From Bacteroidia bacterium (GTDB lineage: Bacteria > Bacteroidota > Bacteroidia > UBA4408): a stretch of 64,000 bases of DNA. The notes beneath the pieces were generated by a model. The model did not search any database and was not told where the DNA came from. It was given only the letters and a program-made list of their open reading frames with translations. Location: positions 5,271-69,270 of the forward strand of contig JBIICS010000001.1 of NCBI GenBank assembly GCA_044238735.1, written 5' to 3'. The position numbers and the translations under genes are program-made. Below, piece by piece: positions 45,020 through 54,900 of this stretch (position 1 is the stretch's first letter; every line of letters begins with the position of its first letter).

Positions 45020-47322
45020 TATTTAATAAATAATATCTTAGTTACATCGGTTTTTGCACCATCGGTTGAGGCTGAGAAAACCAAATAAACTCCCGAGCTA
45101 ACTTTATCGCCGTTAAACTTTCTTCCATTCCAAACAGCCTGTCCACCTAGTGCTTTAGTTTCATAAACTATATTTCCCTGTGTGTCTGTAATTTTAACTA
45201 TCGCATTTTCAACTAAATTTTTAATGGCTATAACTCCTGTGTAATCTGGTTTAACGGGATTAGGATAGGCATAAACACCATTAAAATTTTCTGAAGGTTC
45301 TGTAGCGTCGCTTTTGTAAGAGATAATACCCTTTTCGGTACCAAAAAAGACCTCGCCTGTTGTATGGTTAATACCAATGGACATTATAGAATTAGAGAGT
45401 ATAGGGCTGTTTTGAGTGTCAAAATGTTTTATTTCTGATGTGCCATCTTCCGAAACCAAAAATACTCCGGCGGAGCGGGTTCCAATCCATTTTCTATTGG
45501 CTTTATCAACAGCTATAGCCGTAACCTCCTCTGATTCCAACAAATACGAAACAACGCCGTTTTGCTCTATCTTTATTTGTTGAGCATCAAATACAGCGCC
45601 TGTAAAAACTCCGCCAGGATTATTAAAAACACTTATACCTTTGTCGGTTCCAATCCAAATGTTTCCATCTAAATCCTTTGCCATTGCATAAATGGTGGTT
45701 GTATGTAACCCTCCTTTTCCAACTGTTTCATTAATTATAGTTTGTTTATCATCCGAAACATCATCAATAGTTCCATTATCGTCATAAACAAATAATCCGG
45801 TTCCTCTTGGAAGCTGGACCCATTTTTTTCCAAAATCATCTATCAGTAAACGACCCGTAAAAACGGTGTTATTAACCCCATTTAAAGTGTATCCCTTCCA
45901 ACTTCCATCCGGCTTTAAAACATGTAAAGGTTTATTAGAAATAGTGTTTACCAACCAAAGATTTCCATTATTATCAAAAGACATCCCGCTTATACCACAA
46001 CGGAAATTTCGTTCCAATGTTGAATTGTTCTCGTTATAAATTTGAGTAGCCTTTTCGTCTTTAAATTCAATTAATCCATTAAAATATGAGCCCGCATACA
46101 TTTGCTTCTCGTCTTTAGGATTAACCACTACGGTTAAAACATCTAACATATCGGTAATTAATACATTATTTACTTTATTAATTACACTCCACTCCCCTTC
46201 CTTAAAAACGTAAATTTCGGGTGGTAAATAAAAATTACCCCAGGTATCATCTGTATTGCCCCTAGCTACATAAAGAGTTCCGTTACTTAATGCGCTATAG
46301 CTAGAACTTGATGTGTTGGTAGGACCATTAGGAACAATAAAAGAAAAATCGACTTTATTATTAGTTTGAACCAATCCAAAATTAAAATCGGCAATCCAAA
46401 GTTTACCGTCGTTATCCTGATAAACCTGATAAGGAGAAGCATTCCCAAAGTTATAACTACCAAAAGTTTGGCCAAGACTTCCGTTGGTATTTAAAAAGGA
46501 AACACCATACCATGTTATTCTGGCTAAATTTCCACCGATGTTCTGCAAACGCCTGGCATTTTGAACAACGGTAGAATTAAAATAATTCCACGACCCGTTT
46601 TGATATTGATACAAAGTGTCCTGATCTATTTTAGAACTAGTATAATTTGCATATAGAATATTATTTGCGGTAGTAATGGAATTTATATTTCCCTGAGGTA
46701 TTTGTGTTACAAGCGACCAGTATTCAAAATTCGCCAGGTTAGGAGCGTTTAAGGAGGCTTTGAATAAACCTTTCTCGGTTGCGGCAAAAATTTCACTATT
46801 TAATATCGCAACCTCTTTTACATTTATAAACGCGCCGTTTGTATTGATTAAATATGTGTCTTTTACTTCCTTTTTATTTAGATCCAGAACCACAATCCCA
46901 AAACCGGTTGAAACATAGGCTATATTGCCAAGCACCAAAACGTTATTAATAGTTTTATCGCCTGTTATATTTTTCCGCTTAATATCGGAGATGTTTTGTG
47001 TTTTTCCATCTTCCGAAATAATATCAATATTTCCGTTTTTGTATCCAACCAATAATTGTTTTCTGTCGGGGTCGGCAGCCAAAATATTAATATCCAAATC
47101 GCTAAGCCCGTTTATTTTAGATACCCTTTCTATAGAATTGTCCTGCTTATCGTAATAAAATATTCCGGTTGGTGTTGCGGCAAATATTTTTGAACCTAAA
47201 GGCGCTACCGAGATGCAATTATAATAAGGCAAATGAACCCTCCACTGACCTATTGCAATCTCCTGTCCGAGCAACAATTCACTTATAAACAGTACTATAA
47301 AAAGTATGGAGATTCTACTCAT
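45019..47322 (-). CDS. Two-beta-propeller (two-component-regulator propeller repeat) protein with a type-A T9SS C-terminal domain; PorZ-like.
   Basis: Signal peptide, repeated propeller blades and a C-terminal 'YAYPNPVKPDYTGVIAIKNL...GVYLVFSAS' domain. The architecture matches PorZ. Confidence 0.6.
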   Translation of the reverse strand: MSRISILFIVLFISELLLGQEIAIGQWRVHLPYYNCISVAPLGSKIFAATPTGIFYYDKQDNSIERVSKINGLSDLDINILAADPDRKQLLVGYKNGNIDIISEDGKTQNISDIKRKNITGDKTINNVLVLGNIAYVSTGFGIVVLDLNKKEVKDTYLINTNGAFINVKEVAILNSEIFAATEKGLFKASLNAPNLANFEYWSLVTQIPQGNINSITTANNILYANYTSSKIDQDTLYQYQNGSWNYFNSTVVQNARRLQNIGGNLARITWYGVSFLNTNGSLGQTFGSYNFGNASPYQVYQDNDGKLWIADFNFGLVQTNNKVDFSFIVPNGPTNTSSSSYSALSNGTLYVARGNTDDTWGNFYLPPEIYVFKEGEWSVINKVNNVLITDMLDVLTVVVNPKDEKQMYAGSYFNGLIEFKDEKATQIYNENNSTLERNFRCGISGMSFDNNGNLWLVNTISNKPLHVLKPDGSWKGYTLNGVNNTVFTGRLLIDDFGKKWVQLPRGTGLFVYDDNGTIDDVSDDKQTIINETVGKGGLHTTTIYAMAKDLDGNIWIGTDKGISVFNNPGGVFTGAVFDAQQIKIEQNGVVSYLLESEEVTAIAVDKANRKWIGTRSAGVFLVSEDGTSEIKHFDTQNSPILSNSIMSIGINHTTGEVFFGTEKGIISYKSDATEPSENFNGVYAYPNPVKPDYTGVIAIKNLVENAIVKITDTQGNIVYETKALGGQAVWNGRKFNGDKVSSGVYLVFSASTDGAKTDVTKILFIK

Positions 47323-47403
47323 GTTTGATGCTTTAAAAATAAGAAATATTGGACTAAGTAACCGAAAAACACCAGTTTATTATATTAACTTTGAAAAATT
47401 TTT

Positions 47404-47475
47404 GGTCTTGTAGTATAATGGATATTACGTGGGTCTCCGGAACCCAAGATTCAGGTTCGATTCCTGACAAGATCA
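47404..47475 (+). tRNA. tRNA-Arg (anticodon CCG).
   Basis: The cloverleaf was folded by hand. The acceptor stem GGTCTTG/CAAGATC has one G.U pair. The anticodon stem is TGGGT/ACCCA and the anticodon loop is CT-CCG-GA. The T-arm is TCAGG-TTCGATT-CCTGA, and the discriminator is A. Confidence 0.8.
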
Positions 47476-47583
47476 CAATAAAATACAGTCTGATTGACCT
47501 TTTGATACTCGAGTATCTTTATAAATTTTAGTTAGGTTTTTAAAACAAGAAACGTGAATCCTGATAATCGCTTTATTGTTTTA

Positions 47584-48303
47584 TTAGCGTTTTATTAGCT
47601 TGTTATTTATCATCTTTTCAAAAAAGGCATCTTTATACTCTTTGCCAATAGATATTTGTTGCCCATCCAGCATATTTATCATATTGCCCTCTACCTCCTT
47701 AATTTTTGTCATTGAAACAATATACGAACGATGAACCCTAATAAAAATATCTTGCGGTAATTGACTTTCGATGTTTTTTAAATTAACTAATGCTAAGAAA
47801 CGCTCCTTACCCGTATGAATCTTAACATAATCTTTTAATCCTTCAATAAACAATACATCGTTATAATTTAAGCGAACATATTTTTTATCGGTTTTTATAA
47901 TTAAATAATCTTTCCCTCCTTCTTTTCCTTGCTTAGAGGCCGCATTTTGATTAAGCCTGTTTACTAATTTATCAACCGTTTTTAAGAAACGATCGAGTGT
48001 AATGGGTTTTAAAAGATAATCGGCGGCATCTAACTCAAATCCTTTAACCGCATAATTACTGTATGCTGTGGTAAAAACAACAAGTGGTTTATTTTCGAGC
48101 GAAGCAACAAAGTCTAAGCCATTAATAGAAGGCATCTCTATGTCAATAAACATGATATCTACCTTTTTTTCTTTAATTAACGGAAGCGCATCAAGCGGGC
48201 TTGAAAAATCGCCTATACAATTAATTAAATCTATTTGGGTTATATAATCTTTTAAACCCTGGCGAGCCATTGGCTCATCGTCAATTACAATACAGTTAAA
48301 CAT
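47584..48303 (-). CDS. LytTR-family two-component response regulator.
   Basis: The receiver domain ('IVIDDEPMARQG...DIMFIDIEMP') is followed by a C-terminal LytTR DNA-binding domain. Confidence 0.85.
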   Translation of the reverse strand: MFNCIVIDDEPMARQGLKDYITQIDLINCIGDFSSPLDALPLIKEKKVDIMFIDIEMPSINGLDFVASLENKPLVVFTTAYSNYAVKGFELDAADYLLKPITLDRFLKTVDKLVNRLNQNAASKQGKEGGKDYLIIKTDKKYVRLNYNDVLFIEGLKDYVKIHTGKERFLALVNLKNIESQLPQDIFIRVHRSYIVSMTKIKEVEGNMINMLDGQQISIGKEYKDAFFEKMINNKLIKR

Positions 48304-48304
48304 A

Positions 48305-49351
48305 TTATTGTGTTATTTCTAATTGAACTTTAAACTTACCCAATAATTCTTCAATAATCAAGTGGTGTTGACCGGGATATAAAATATTTAGCCGCTTAAT
48401 AATGTTATTAATCCCAATGCCTCCTGTTTTAAGCTTTTGCTGGATTTCTTCTTCGTTTACGGAGTTCACTGCATAAAATAAAATAGAATTGGGTTTAAGC
48501 TCAAAACGGATATCAATATATACATCCCCAAAATTAGAGGGGCGTGCATGTTTAAAACAATTTTCCACAAAATCCATAAAAATAAAAGGCTCCACCATCA
48601 TGTCGCATTTACCATTTTCGGAAAACGTAATTATGATTTCATCACCATATCTCACTCGCTGTAAATCGAGATAATTTTTAGTGTAGTTAATCTCATCGTT
48701 AATGTTTACTTTTTCATCAGCAGCAACATACAATCGGTATCGTAAAAGTTCCGATAACTTTATTACCGATTCTTCTGCTTTATCCGGATTACGTTTAATA
48801 AGAAAGAAGATGTTGTTAAGTGTGTTAAACAAGAAATGTGGCTGCATTTGTGTTTTTAAAAACTTAAGCTCTGTTTGAAGTCTTTGATTATCCAGCTCCT
48901 TATAATATTTCTGAGAATTAGCCCAATCCTGAATAATCTGGAACGAGGAGATGGCTATTGTTTCGAACAAGCTCTTAAAAAACCAAGCAGAAAGTATGGT
49001 TAAGATACTGTACTCTTGGATATCGGTAGAGGGAATAATATAGATGTACGAGATGGATTTAATTAAGGCTCCTACAAAAACTATTAAAACAAGGAGTATG
49101 CTATACTGAACATATTGTTTTCTATATAAATATCGAGGAAGTAAAAAACTAATGTTAAAATACACCGTAAGCAGTGTAGAGGCTAGATAAATTAAACTAT
49201 CTATTAAAGAGGTGAATAACTGATCGAAACTATATCCGGCATCCCAAACCAGATATAAGTAAAATGTAATCCAAAAAAAGGTATGCACCCAAGGATTTCT
49301 CCTTACCTCGGGTATATACAAATCACGATCTCTTTCTAATAGGTTTGCCAT
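48305..49351 (-). CDS. Sensor histidine kinase (LytS/YehU type, membrane-bound).
   Basis: Five N-terminal transmembrane helices, the 'HFLFNTLNNI' H-box of His_kinase/LytS and a C-terminal HATPase domain. Confidence 0.8.
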   Translation of the reverse strand: MANLLERDRDLYIPEVRRNPWVHTFFWITFYLYLVWDAGYSFDQLFTSLIDSLIYLASTLLTVYFNISFLLPRYLYRKQYVQYSILLVLIVFVGALIKSISYIYIIPSTDIQEYSILTILSAWFFKSLFETIAISSFQIIQDWANSQKYYKELDNQRLQTELKFLKTQMQPHFLFNTLNNIFFLIKRNPDKAEESVIKLSELLRYRLYVAADEKVNINDEINYTKNYLDLQRVRYGDEIIITFSENGKCDMMVEPFIFMDFVENCFKHARPSNFGDVYIDIRFELKPNSILFYAVNSVNEEEIQQKLKTGGIGINNIIKRLNILYPGQHHLIIEELLGKFKVQLEITQ

Positions 49352-49376
49352 AAAAAAGGGGAGCCTTTAACTCCCC
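49352..49376 (-). terminator. Intrinsic terminator or attenuator between the M43 protease gene and the histidine kinase gene.
   Basis: GGGGAG-cctttaa-CTCCCC is followed on the minus strand by U6. The hairpin ends 1 nt before the histidine kinase start codon. Confidence 0.6.
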
Positions 49377-49396
49377 CTGAAATTAATTTAAATTTT

Positions 49397-51577
49397 CTAT
49401 TGTTCTATAATTAATCGCTTAACAGCACTTCCGTTTTCGGTTTCTATCTGAACAAAATAAACTCCGTTTTTTAAATCAAGCGTTTTAATTTCGGTATATG
49501 AATTAAAGTTTCCAGAATAGGTGTTAATAAGCTCACCCAAAACATTGTAAAGTCGAACTTCATTTATATTATTTCCGGAATTTGTATTCACATAAATTAA
49601 ATCTTTAGCAGGATTAGGGAAAATCGTTATACTTAAATTTTTGGAGATTATTTCTTTTGTACTAACGATATTGTCCACCGATAAATCATCAATAAATAGA
49701 TTGTTTTCGTATGCAGTTGTATTTTCAATTTTAATTATTGCCGTATTGCTTGATGCAAAGGGTGTAAGGTCTACTGTTTCCAACCTCCACTGACTTTGTT
49801 GTGTAGGGAAATAATCAGAGCCCTGAAATGTGGGTGTATTTGTAACAAGGGCAGTTCCCGCTTTTCTATAAACGGTTGTCCAGCTTAATCCACAATCTGT
49901 AGAGACGGTGATGTCTAGTGTGTCGCTGAAATTGGGGTTGGCCCCTGGGTTTGTCCATAATTTGTATGAAACATAGAAACTTAGGGTTGGATTTGGAAGA
50001 GAAGTTAAGTCCAGCTGAGGCAAGACCATTCTGTCTTTTTGATCATTATCATTATAGTTAGCATTATCGACATAAGCCGATGCTGTTCCGTTGTATTTTG
50101 CCTGAGTTGTTTTAGACCAGGTTTTACTATTATCAGGATTTTCCAATGTCCATCCTGTTGGCGGAAAGGCCCCTTCAAAGCCTTCAAAGAGGGGTAGCGA
50201 TAATCCGCCTGTGTTTACAGAGAATGAAACGCTTAAGCTGTCGTTGGTTGTATTTTCGTCTGCCACACCATTAGGGGTATTTGTGGAAAACAACAGGGTG
50301 TGATTTCCGCTATTAACCGAAACAGGAGATAAAGTAATCGATTCAGTAGCATATTGAGCTAAACTTCCCATCCAACTATAGGTTACGAGAGCGCCGCCAT
50401 CTAATTGATAATTTATATTAGCCGAAACCAAAGGATTTGAGCCAAAATTCTTTATGGTAACCTTAGGGCTTATGATGTTAGAACAAACAGACTGCCCGGG
50501 GTCGTTAACCGAAATTAAAGCTATATCATGATTGGTAAGTAAGGGGGGGTTACAAGCGGTTGAATTTTTTAAGACATTATAAGGGGGGTTGTTAATGATT
50601 GCTAACATTTCAGCTACCTGTCCCTGAGAAAACATATTCATGCAAGCGTCGTCTGTATAATCCATATAATTCATGTACATTGAACTTTGATCGGCGGCAT
50701 TACAACATCCCGTTGTTGAACTGGTACCCTGAGGAAAGGACGGACAACCGTAATTCTCGGCCTTCTGTTGAGGCGTGTCTGCTATACCATCATCCTGTGC
50801 GCATTGGGATTCATCGCCCCAAATGTGATACAAGCCAAAGCAATGACCAAACTCATGTGTACCGGTTCTTCCCAAATTATATGGCGCCGAACCCCCTACT
50901 CCCGTTGAACTATATTGCAAAACCAAGCCCCAGGTATTACTAATGGTATTGCTTGGAAATTCGGCATAACCTAAAATCCCACCCCCTATATCACAAATCC
51001 AAATATTTACATATTTGGTTACATCCCATGCATCAGAACCGCCTTGAGCAGTAAACTTAACCGCATCGGTAGTACCAAATGATGTTTTACTTGTTTGAAC
51101 CCTTACAATACCATTTGTTGGTACTCCGGTTGGGTCAACTTGTGCGGCGCAAAAATTAACACCGCCCATACCCGCTGCTCTCGACTTAAAAAGAGCCGGT
51201 ATGTTTGCGGTGTCAGCATTTGTTTTATTAAAATCGGCATTTAAAACATCCAATTGAGATAAAACGCGAGTATCGCTTATATTTTCAGCCGCGTTATTGT
51301 AAAGCACATGAAAGACTACCGGAATGTTTATTGTTGATCTCTCCTCTCCCGTTTTTCCGCTTGGGTGAAGCGCCAAAAAATCATTTATCCTTTTTCTATA
51401 CGAATCGATGTCTTCTTTATATCCAAGTCGGGTTTTTAATAAATATTCGTGATGATCCATTGTTCCGCAAACTCTCTTATCAGCATCAACAGCTATTTTA
51501 GCATGCTTTGCGGTTTGTGCATTAAGGCCACAAAAAGAGAGTGTAAACAATAATGCTCCATAAATTTTTTTCTTCAT
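49397..51577 (-). CDS. M43 (pappalysin-like) zinc metalloprotease, a paralogue of the gene at 31076..33127, with a type-A T9SS C-terminal domain.
   Basis: 'HEFGHCFGLYHIWGDE' metzincin motif. Signal peptide '..LNAQ'. C-terminal 'IFPNPAKDLIYVNT...GVYFVQI'. Confidence 0.85.
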   Translation of the reverse strand: MKKKIYGALLFTLSFCGLNAQTAKHAKIAVDADKRVCGTMDHHEYLLKTRLGYKEDIDSYRKRINDFLALHPSGKTGEERSTINIPVVFHVLYNNAAENISDTRVLSQLDVLNADFNKTNADTANIPALFKSRAAGMGGVNFCAAQVDPTGVPTNGIVRVQTSKTSFGTTDAVKFTAQGGSDAWDVTKYVNIWICDIGGGILGYAEFPSNTISNTWGLVLQYSSTGVGGSAPYNLGRTGTHEFGHCFGLYHIWGDESQCAQDDGIADTPQQKAENYGCPSFPQGTSSTTGCCNAADQSSMYMNYMDYTDDACMNMFSQGQVAEMLAIINNPPYNVLKNSTACNPPLLTNHDIALISVNDPGQSVCSNIISPKVTIKNFGSNPLVSANINYQLDGGALVTYSWMGSLAQYATESITLSPVSVNSGNHTLLFSTNTPNGVADENTTNDSLSVSFSVNTGGLSLPLFEGFEGAFPPTGWTLENPDNSKTWSKTTQAKYNGTASAYVDNANYNDNDQKDRMVLPQLDLTSLPNPTLSFYVSYKLWTNPGANPNFSDTLDITVSTDCGLSWTTVYRKAGTALVTNTPTFQGSDYFPTQQSQWRLETVDLTPFASSNTAIIKIENTTAYENNLFIDDLSVDNIVSTKEIISKNLSITIFPNPAKDLIYVNTNSGNNINEVRLYNVLGELINTYSGNFNSYTEIKTLDLKNGVYFVQIETENGSAVKRLIIEQ

Positions 51578-52218
51578 TTTTCTAGATTTTTTTCAAATAT
51601 CAGTTAGGAATAATGATCTGTTTAATAAAATATACTAATACAATTAGCGAGTATACCATCACAATATTCTAACAATGGAACCAAAAGTTTCGTATAAATG
51701 TTTGTATATCAAAACATTAATGCTTTAGGAAAATTTTATCACGCAATTTTTATGGGCCCTAAATTATAAGTTAGATGAAGTAAATCCTCTTATTCGATTT
51801 ATAGCAACCAAAATTGAAGCCAGGATGCATAACCAAAATAAAAAAATTATGTTTCCCGTGGAACATTAAATTCTTACTTAAGGCAAGCCAAATTTTAAAA
51901 GGAGAATTCTTTAAACTGAAGTTATCGTAAGTATAAAAAATTTCGAGCAATAGATTTACTGCTATTGAGAGCTCTTAATCTAGTTTATCTCATATAAGTA
52001 TTTATTATAAATAGGCAATTAAAGATAATCCAATCTTCAGAGAAAATATCCATGACTTTGAAAATCTATATTTTTGAAATTTTGTATCAATTATTTAAAA
52101 GTATATTTTTTTAAAATCCTAATGCGTTTTGCTATAATAATTAGCTAAAGAACGTGGTAAAAAGATTAAATAAAAAATAAATGGTTATAACCATCATGCA
52201 AGAAAAAGGACAGATAAA

Positions 52219-52232
52219 GTTTCACGTGAAAC
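52219..52232. promoter_or_regulatory. Perfect 14-bp palindrome GTTTCACGTGAAAC, copy 1; candidate transcription-factor operator.
   Basis: An exact self-complementary 14-mer. An identical copy lies 239 bp downstream. Confidence 0.5.
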
Positions 52233-52457
52233 AAGAAAATAGTTATAAAAAAAATTTCATTAGACTATGATAAGAGTAAGCCAAATTATGGCTATCTTTT
52301 AAATATAAATTTAAAAATTATTTAAACGTTTATTTTTGAGCCTAAAAAATTAATCCGAAAATAATGAAGTTCGAAGCTAAAAAGGATGCTGGGCAAGTTA
52401 GGTTTTTAACTATGAATATTTTATTATAGGTCTTAAAAAAACATTCTCATAAATTGT

Positions 52458-52471
52458 GTTTCACGTGAAAC
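52458..52471. promoter_or_regulatory. Perfect 14-bp palindrome GTTTCACGTGAAAC, copy 2.
   Basis: Identical to the copy at 52219-52232. Degenerate copies lie at 52655-52670 (GGTTCCACGTGAAAAA) and 51849-51866 (ATGTTTCCCGTGGAACAT). Confidence 0.5.
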
Positions 52472-52880
52472 TATGGAATCAATATATATGGTGAAACGAA
52501 TGTAAAGAATAATTAATGTGAAATAAACACAGATCGAGATTAAGATTCTTAGGGTCATCAATCAATAAGTAAATTAATCTAGATTTATAGACGGGTGTCT
52601 AAATACATAACGACTTTTGGATACGAAAAGAAATCAAGATAAAATACTTAAGCGGTTCCACGTGAAAAAATTATGATATCCGAAACAAGAATTAAATATA
52701 ATCGCGAAGCATTTCACGATAATATAATTGTACCAGGTTGTTTTAAATTAATATAAGGGTAAATAAACAAAGGCATCCGATCATTTATGGTTGAAGAGTA
52801 TTGGAGGTTATATAATTAAGGGCTCTTATTAAATTATAAAATAGAAGTTTTATAATTATAAATATTTATCCTAAATTAAA

Positions 52881-52888
52881 TACCTTTG
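52881..52888 (+). promoter_or_regulatory. Bacteroidetes sigma-A -7 box (TAnnTTTG) for mnmG.
   Basis: TACCTTTG ends 10 nt before the mnmG ATG, which would give a near-leaderless transcript. Confidence 0.35.
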
Positions 52889-52898
52889 CACGAACGCT

Positions 52899-54761
52899 AT
52901 GAAAACAAACTACGACATTATTGTTATTGGAGCGGGTCATGCCGGATGTGAAGCGGCAGCATCTGCGGCTAATTTAGGTTCATCCGTTCTGCTTCTTACC
53001 ATGAACATGCAAACCATTGGACAGATGAGTTGTAATCCGGCAATGGGAGGAATAGCAAAAGGACAAATTGTTAGAGAAATAGACGCTCTTGGTGGTTACA
53101 GCGCTATTGTTACCGATTGGTCGGCTATACAATTTAGAATGCTTAACCTGAGTAAGGGTGCAGCTATGTGGAGTCCTCGTGCACAAAACGATAGGATGCG
53201 ATTTGCAGAAAAATGGAGACTGATGCTAGAGCAAACACCAAACCTAGATTTTTGGCAGGATTCGGTAAAACAATTAATTATCGAAGATAACCACGTTAAA
53301 GGAGTGATAACACAAATGGGGCTGGAATTCAGGTCTAAAGCTGTTATATTAACCTCTGGCACTTTTGGAAATGGCCTAATTCATATAGGAGAAAAACAAT
53401 TTGGTGGTGGCAGAATGGGAGAGCCGGCGAGTTATGGAATAACGGAACAATTAGTATCATTAGGTTTTGAAGCCGGCAGAATGAAAACGGGAACTCCTCC
53501 AAGAATTGATGGTAGGAGTATAGATTATTCTAAAACAGAAGAACAGGGGGGCGACGAAAATCCTGGTAAATTTTCGTTTAGCGATACTCCCTATTTGGGA
53601 AAACAGATGTCCTGCTTTATAACTTATACGAATAAAGAGGTGCATGATATTTTAGCCGAGGGTTTTGAAAAATCGCCCATGTTTGCCGGTAGAATTCAGG
53701 GTAGGGGACCAAGATATTGCCCTTCCATTGAAGACAAGATTACACGCTTTGCGGAAAGGGAAAGACATCAGTTATTTATAGAACCCGAAGGATGGAAAAC
53801 GGTAGAAATATATCTTAATGGTTTTTCTTCGTCCCTTCCCGAAGATATTCAATACAAAGCCTTAACTAAAGTTCCCGGGCTCGAAAAAGTTAAACTGTTT
53901 AGACCGGGTTATGCAATTGAATACGACTATTTTCCGCCTACACAACTAAATCTAACTTTAGAAACAAAAATAATCAATAACCTCTATTTTGCCGGTCAAA
54001 TTAATGGAACTACCGGATATGAAGAGGCTGCATGCCAAGGTTTAATGGCAGGAATAAATGCCCATCATAAGATAAGCGGTAAAGCTCCATTTATTCTAAA
54101 ACGCTCTGAGGCTTATATTGGGGTTTTAATAGACGATTTGGTAACGAAAGGCACGGATGAACCTTACCGTATGTTTACATCCAGGGCAGAATACAGAATA
54201 CTTTTACGGCAAGATAATGCAGATATTAGGTTAACGCCTATTGGTTATGCTATTGGTTTAGCAAGTAAAGAAAGGTATGATGCGGTGTTATCTAAGATGA
54301 AATATAGCCACGAGATTATTAAATTCTTTAAAACAGAGAGTGTGGATCCTTCCGAAATTAATACTACTTTATCTGACTTAGGCTCATCCGACTTAATACA
54401 AAAAACAAAATTATTTAATGTGTTAAGCAGACCCCAAGTTAATATTGCCGATATTATAGATAGCGTTCCTCGTATAAAGAAATTTGTAGAAAATTATAAT
54501 TACGAGATTGTGGAGCAGGCTGAAATCTTAATGAAATATGAAGGCTATATTGCAAAGGAACAAGACATGGCCGAAAAAATGCAACGACTGGAGAATATAC
54601 GTTTACACGAGGACCTCGACTATGGTAAACTTTCCTCTTTAAGTGCAGAAGCCAGAGAGAAATTAGTTAAAATAAAACCTCAAACAATTGGTCAGGCTTC
54701 TAGAATTAGCGGTGTTACCCCTTCTGATATTTCAATTTTGATGATTTATTTGGGTCGATGA
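52899..54761 (+). CDS. mnmG: tRNA uridine-5-carboxymethylaminomethyl modification enzyme MnmG (GidA).
   Basis: FAD-binding 'YDIIVIGAGHAGCEAA' and a conserved 'GTTGYEEAA...QGL' core. Size 620 aa. Confidence 0.9.
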   Translation: MKTNYDIIVIGAGHAGCEAAASAANLGSSVLLLTMNMQTIGQMSCNPAMGGIAKGQIVREIDALGGYSAIVTDWSAIQFRMLNLSKGAAMWSPRAQNDRMRFAEKWRLMLEQTPNLDFWQDSVKQLIIEDNHVKGVITQMGLEFRSKAVILTSGTFGNGLIHIGEKQFGGGRMGEPASYGITEQLVSLGFEAGRMKTGTPPRIDGRSIDYSKTEEQGGDENPGKFSFSDTPYLGKQMSCFITYTNKEVHDILAEGFEKSPMFAGRIQGRGPRYCPSIEDKITRFAERERHQLFIEPEGWKTVEIYLNGFSSSLPEDIQYKALTKVPGLEKVKLFRPGYAIEYDYFPPTQLNLTLETKIINNLYFAGQINGTTGYEEAACQGLMAGINAHHKISGKAPFILKRSEAYIGVLIDDLVTKGTDEPYRMFTSRAEYRILLRQDNADIRLTPIGYAIGLASKERYDAVLSKMKYSHEIIKFFKTESVDPSEINTTLSDLGSSDLIQKTKLFNVLSRPQVNIADIIDSVPRIKKFVENYNYEIVEQAEILMKYEGYIAKEQDMAEKMQRLENIRLHEDLDYGKLSSLSAEAREKLVKIKPQTIGQASRISGVTPSDISILMIYLGR

Positions 54762-54900
54762 AAAACCCGATGTTGATTTAATAAGTTTTATCTAAATTAA
54801 GAAATTAAAGTGGTATAGGCCGGCTATTATTAACTGTAAAGAATTAAAATTATTTTTTTTATTTCGTTTTAAAAATTTATTATTAAGAATACATACAAAA

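Noticed and set aside
51578-52898. Chromosomal replication origin (oriC) next to mnmG/gidA.
   Set aside because: No TTATCCACA-type DnaA boxes or box clusters were found. The best candidates, TTATCCTAA and ATATCCATG, are single and degenerate. Neither dnaA nor dnaN is nearby, and the mnmG-oriC linkage is not universal in Bacteroidetes. The repeated element present is a different palindrome, GTTTCACGTGAAAC.
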